Origin: Octopus vulgaris
Lineage: Eukaryota
DNA: 64,000 bases
Reading direction: 5' to 3'
Assembly (NCBI GenBank): GCA_951406725.2
Contig: OX597817.1
Coordinates: forward strand, 159,464,001 to 159,528,000
How positions within the stretch are numbered: the first letter of the stretch is position 1; each line of letters begins with the position of its first letter. The position numbers were made by a program, and so were the translations under genes. A model generated the notes under the pieces. That model was not told the DNA's origin and made no database searches. It was given only the letters and a program-made list of their open reading frames with translations. Below are positions 61,489 through 64,000 of the stretch, piece after piece.

Positions 61489-63016
61489 TTAAGGAAAGGG
61501 CTGTCTGATCTTTGTGGGCAAGAGAAAATATGGACATAGTACAAGGCTGGTGAGGTCAAACAAACTGAAACCTAACTAGTTGAACCTGCTCTTTAGTAGT
61601 TTTTACATAGCAAAGAAATGTACATAATTTTTTTCTATAAGGAAAATTTGTATAATTAAATTAAAGAGCTAAGTGGGGAAATAACTCAAAAGTAGTCAAG
61701 TGCAATATGCTGAGTTGTGTATGAAATACTTAATTTATTGATGTTTTTCTAAGCTTACAAAAGGAAATAAGGCTAATGATATTTGTTAGTAACATGCAAA
61801 AAGGCAGGGGGAATAATTTCAAAATTTAAAGAGTCAATTGGTAAAGGGACACTGGTTTCTGCTGGTAGGCAAGGGACAATTATTGACATATATGTTTTAG
61901 ATGTCACCATTAAGAACCACGTACATAATGTCAATCATCTGATCAAAGATTATCAGAGGTTAAAAATCTATCATTGTGCAGAATTTGTTGGAAGATCTAT
62001 GGGATCTTTTCACTTTGACCGGCAGATTTTAAAAATAATTTCTTTGTAACTAAACACTTTTAAACTTCGTATACTGGTAGAATGTGTTACATAAAACATA
62101 TTTTTCTCTTGGTGTTCTTTAGAAAATTCTGTAGTTTGTAAGCTATTTCTTGTTTAATTTCTCAAGATCCCATCTATGCATAACAAAAAAAAAAAAAAGG
62201 AAATACCTCTGCCTGGTGGAGGATAATCTGCATGAATAGTGCAAATATTACTGGACAATACAGAAGACACCATACCATCTACGCATTTCACAATATGACT
62301 GGAAATCATATTCATACTACCAGGATAGAAGATTCAAGAAATATCAGCAGAAACAATGTACATTATCTCAGATTTACTGAAGACATTATATAGATAACAA
62401 GATAGTCAAGAAGAGACAGAAAATGCTGAGAAAGAGAATTGTGTAATGCAAGGAAGACTTCCAGACTGAAGATACAAATAATGAAAAAAAGAAGTAATAG
62501 AATTAGTAGAAAATAACTTATATAAAAGAATAAGTGCGAAGTGAGCAATAACAGAAAAAGACATGAAGAGAAGAGATTATTGCCAGAACAAGTACAGCAG
62601 AGTTACAAAGTCAAACCTCTCAGTCTATCCCAAAAGGAAAATCTTTTTGGGTTGGCATATTGACTGGTATTTTTATTGCTGTAAATAAAAGAAAATGGGA
62701 CGTGAGCAGCCACATCATTTAGAACAGTAGATTAATTGTTGGTTAAAAATCATCATGGAATGGTAACCAATGACAGGAGTGAAAAGATAAGGAAATCCAC
62801 AAAAGGGATGGCTTGATAAAATAGGTCACAGGGGAAGAAAAAAAACTGCTAAATTTTACAATGTTGTTTCTGCAGCAATACAATCTTCCCTGTCCCTTCC
62901 AAGTAATATGATTTTTCTCCAAGAATCCATCTACTTAGTAGTCTTTGTTACAAAGTCTAGTGGTTTTCAGGTCTATTGCTTGATGTCAAATCTCCTGTCT
63001 TTCATAGATTTTTCCC

Positions 63017-63380
63017 TTACTCTTTTACTTGTTTCAGTCATTTGACTGTGACCATGCTGGAGCACCACCTTTAGTCGAGCAAATTGACCCCAGGACTTTT
63101 TCTTTGTAAGCCTAGTACTTATTCTATCGGTCTCTTTTGCCAAACCACTAAGTTATGGGGACGTAAACACCAGCATCAGTTGTCAAGCGATGTTGGGGTG
63201 ACAAACACAAACATACACACATATATATGACAGGCTTCTTTCAGTTTCCCTCTATCAAATCCACTCAGAAGACTTTGGTCGGCCTGAGGCTATAGTAGAA
63301 AACACTTGCCCAAGGTGCTATGCAGTGGGACTGAACCTGGAACCATGTGGTTGGTAAGCAAGCTACTTACCACATAGCCA
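63017..63380 (-). mobile_element. tRNA-derived SINE (mirror of 26526-26889)
   Basis: Reverse complement of the left-arm copy. Confidence 0.85.
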
Positions 63381-63714
63381 AAACTAATTGTTAATCGACC
63401 CCTTTAAACTAAATTTTCTTTATGATGTAATACATTTACCTATTGAGTGGATTTTGTAATGTCTCTATATAACATTTATTATTGGTTAATATGAAAATGT
63501 AGATTACTTAATAATTGTGTAGCAACAGTTTACAGTATACCTGGCAGTTACTTTTGGTATAGATCAGATAAAACTGCATCTTATTTTTTATGCACTTAGA
63601 ACTTGTTAGAAAAATATTGTTGCTTGCTTGTATTCTGTTGTCATAACATGATGCAATAAATTACCTATTAAGATGATGCAACAATATAGAGAAATGTTGT
63701 AAAGTAAATGATGT

Positions 63715-64000
63715 GTGGCTGTGTGGTAAGTAGCTTGCTAACCAACCACATGGTTCCGGGCTCAGTCCCTCTGCGTGGCATCTTGGGCAAGTGTCTTCTG
63801 CTATAGCCCCAGGCCGACCAATGCCTTGTGAGTGGATTTGGTAGACGGAAACTGAAAGAAGCCTGTCGTATATATGTACATATACATATATATATATGTA
63901 TGTGTGTCTGTGTTTGTCCCCCTAGCATTGCTTGACAACCGATGCTGGTGTGTTTACGTCCCCGTCACTTAGCGGTTCGGCAAAAAGAGACCGATAGAAT
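63715..64000 (+). mobile_element. tRNA-derived SINE (mirror of 25802-26191), cut by the window end
   Basis: gtggctgtgtggtaagtagcttgctaaccaacc... to the window end. Confidence 0.85.

Larger units (their letters stand above)
45094..64000. repeat. Right arm of giant inverted duplication (continues to window end)
   Basis: The last 40 bases of the window are the exact reverse complement of 25906-25945. All left-arm repeats reappear mirrored. Confidence 0.97.

Overview
AT-rich, repeat-dense animal genomic DNA. The SINE, RTE-LINE and MITE repertoire looks cephalopod (octopus-like), which is an inference from repeat recognition. One real coding exon is visible and is missed by the ORF track because it runs off the window edge: a minus-strand C2H2 zinc-finger protein (ATG at 1281, splice acceptor at 1341-1342, 427 codons to position 1). 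The dominant structure is a giant inverted duplication. Positions 25906-44785 are the reverse complement of 45094-64000 (at least about 18.9 kb per arm, roughly 99% identical by eye) around a unique 308-bp spacer carrying a (TA)n tract and two E2F-type sites. Each arm has a CpG-rich promoter-like block with a perfect NRF1 site about 1.2 kb from the spacer. Inside the arms are a 210-bp 28S rRNA (D1 region) fragment flanked by a ~197-bp direct duplication, a 5 x 180-bp tandem array, inverted SINE pairs and RTE fragments. The rest of the window is intron-like DNA filled with tRNA-derived SINEs, TTAA-flanked MITEs, Helitron/Helentron-type elements, a Tigger-like MITE and a decayed Penelope-like element. 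Almost all ORFs in the supplied track are spurious or TE-derived. Whether the palindrome is real or an assembly artefact cannot be settled from the sequence alone.
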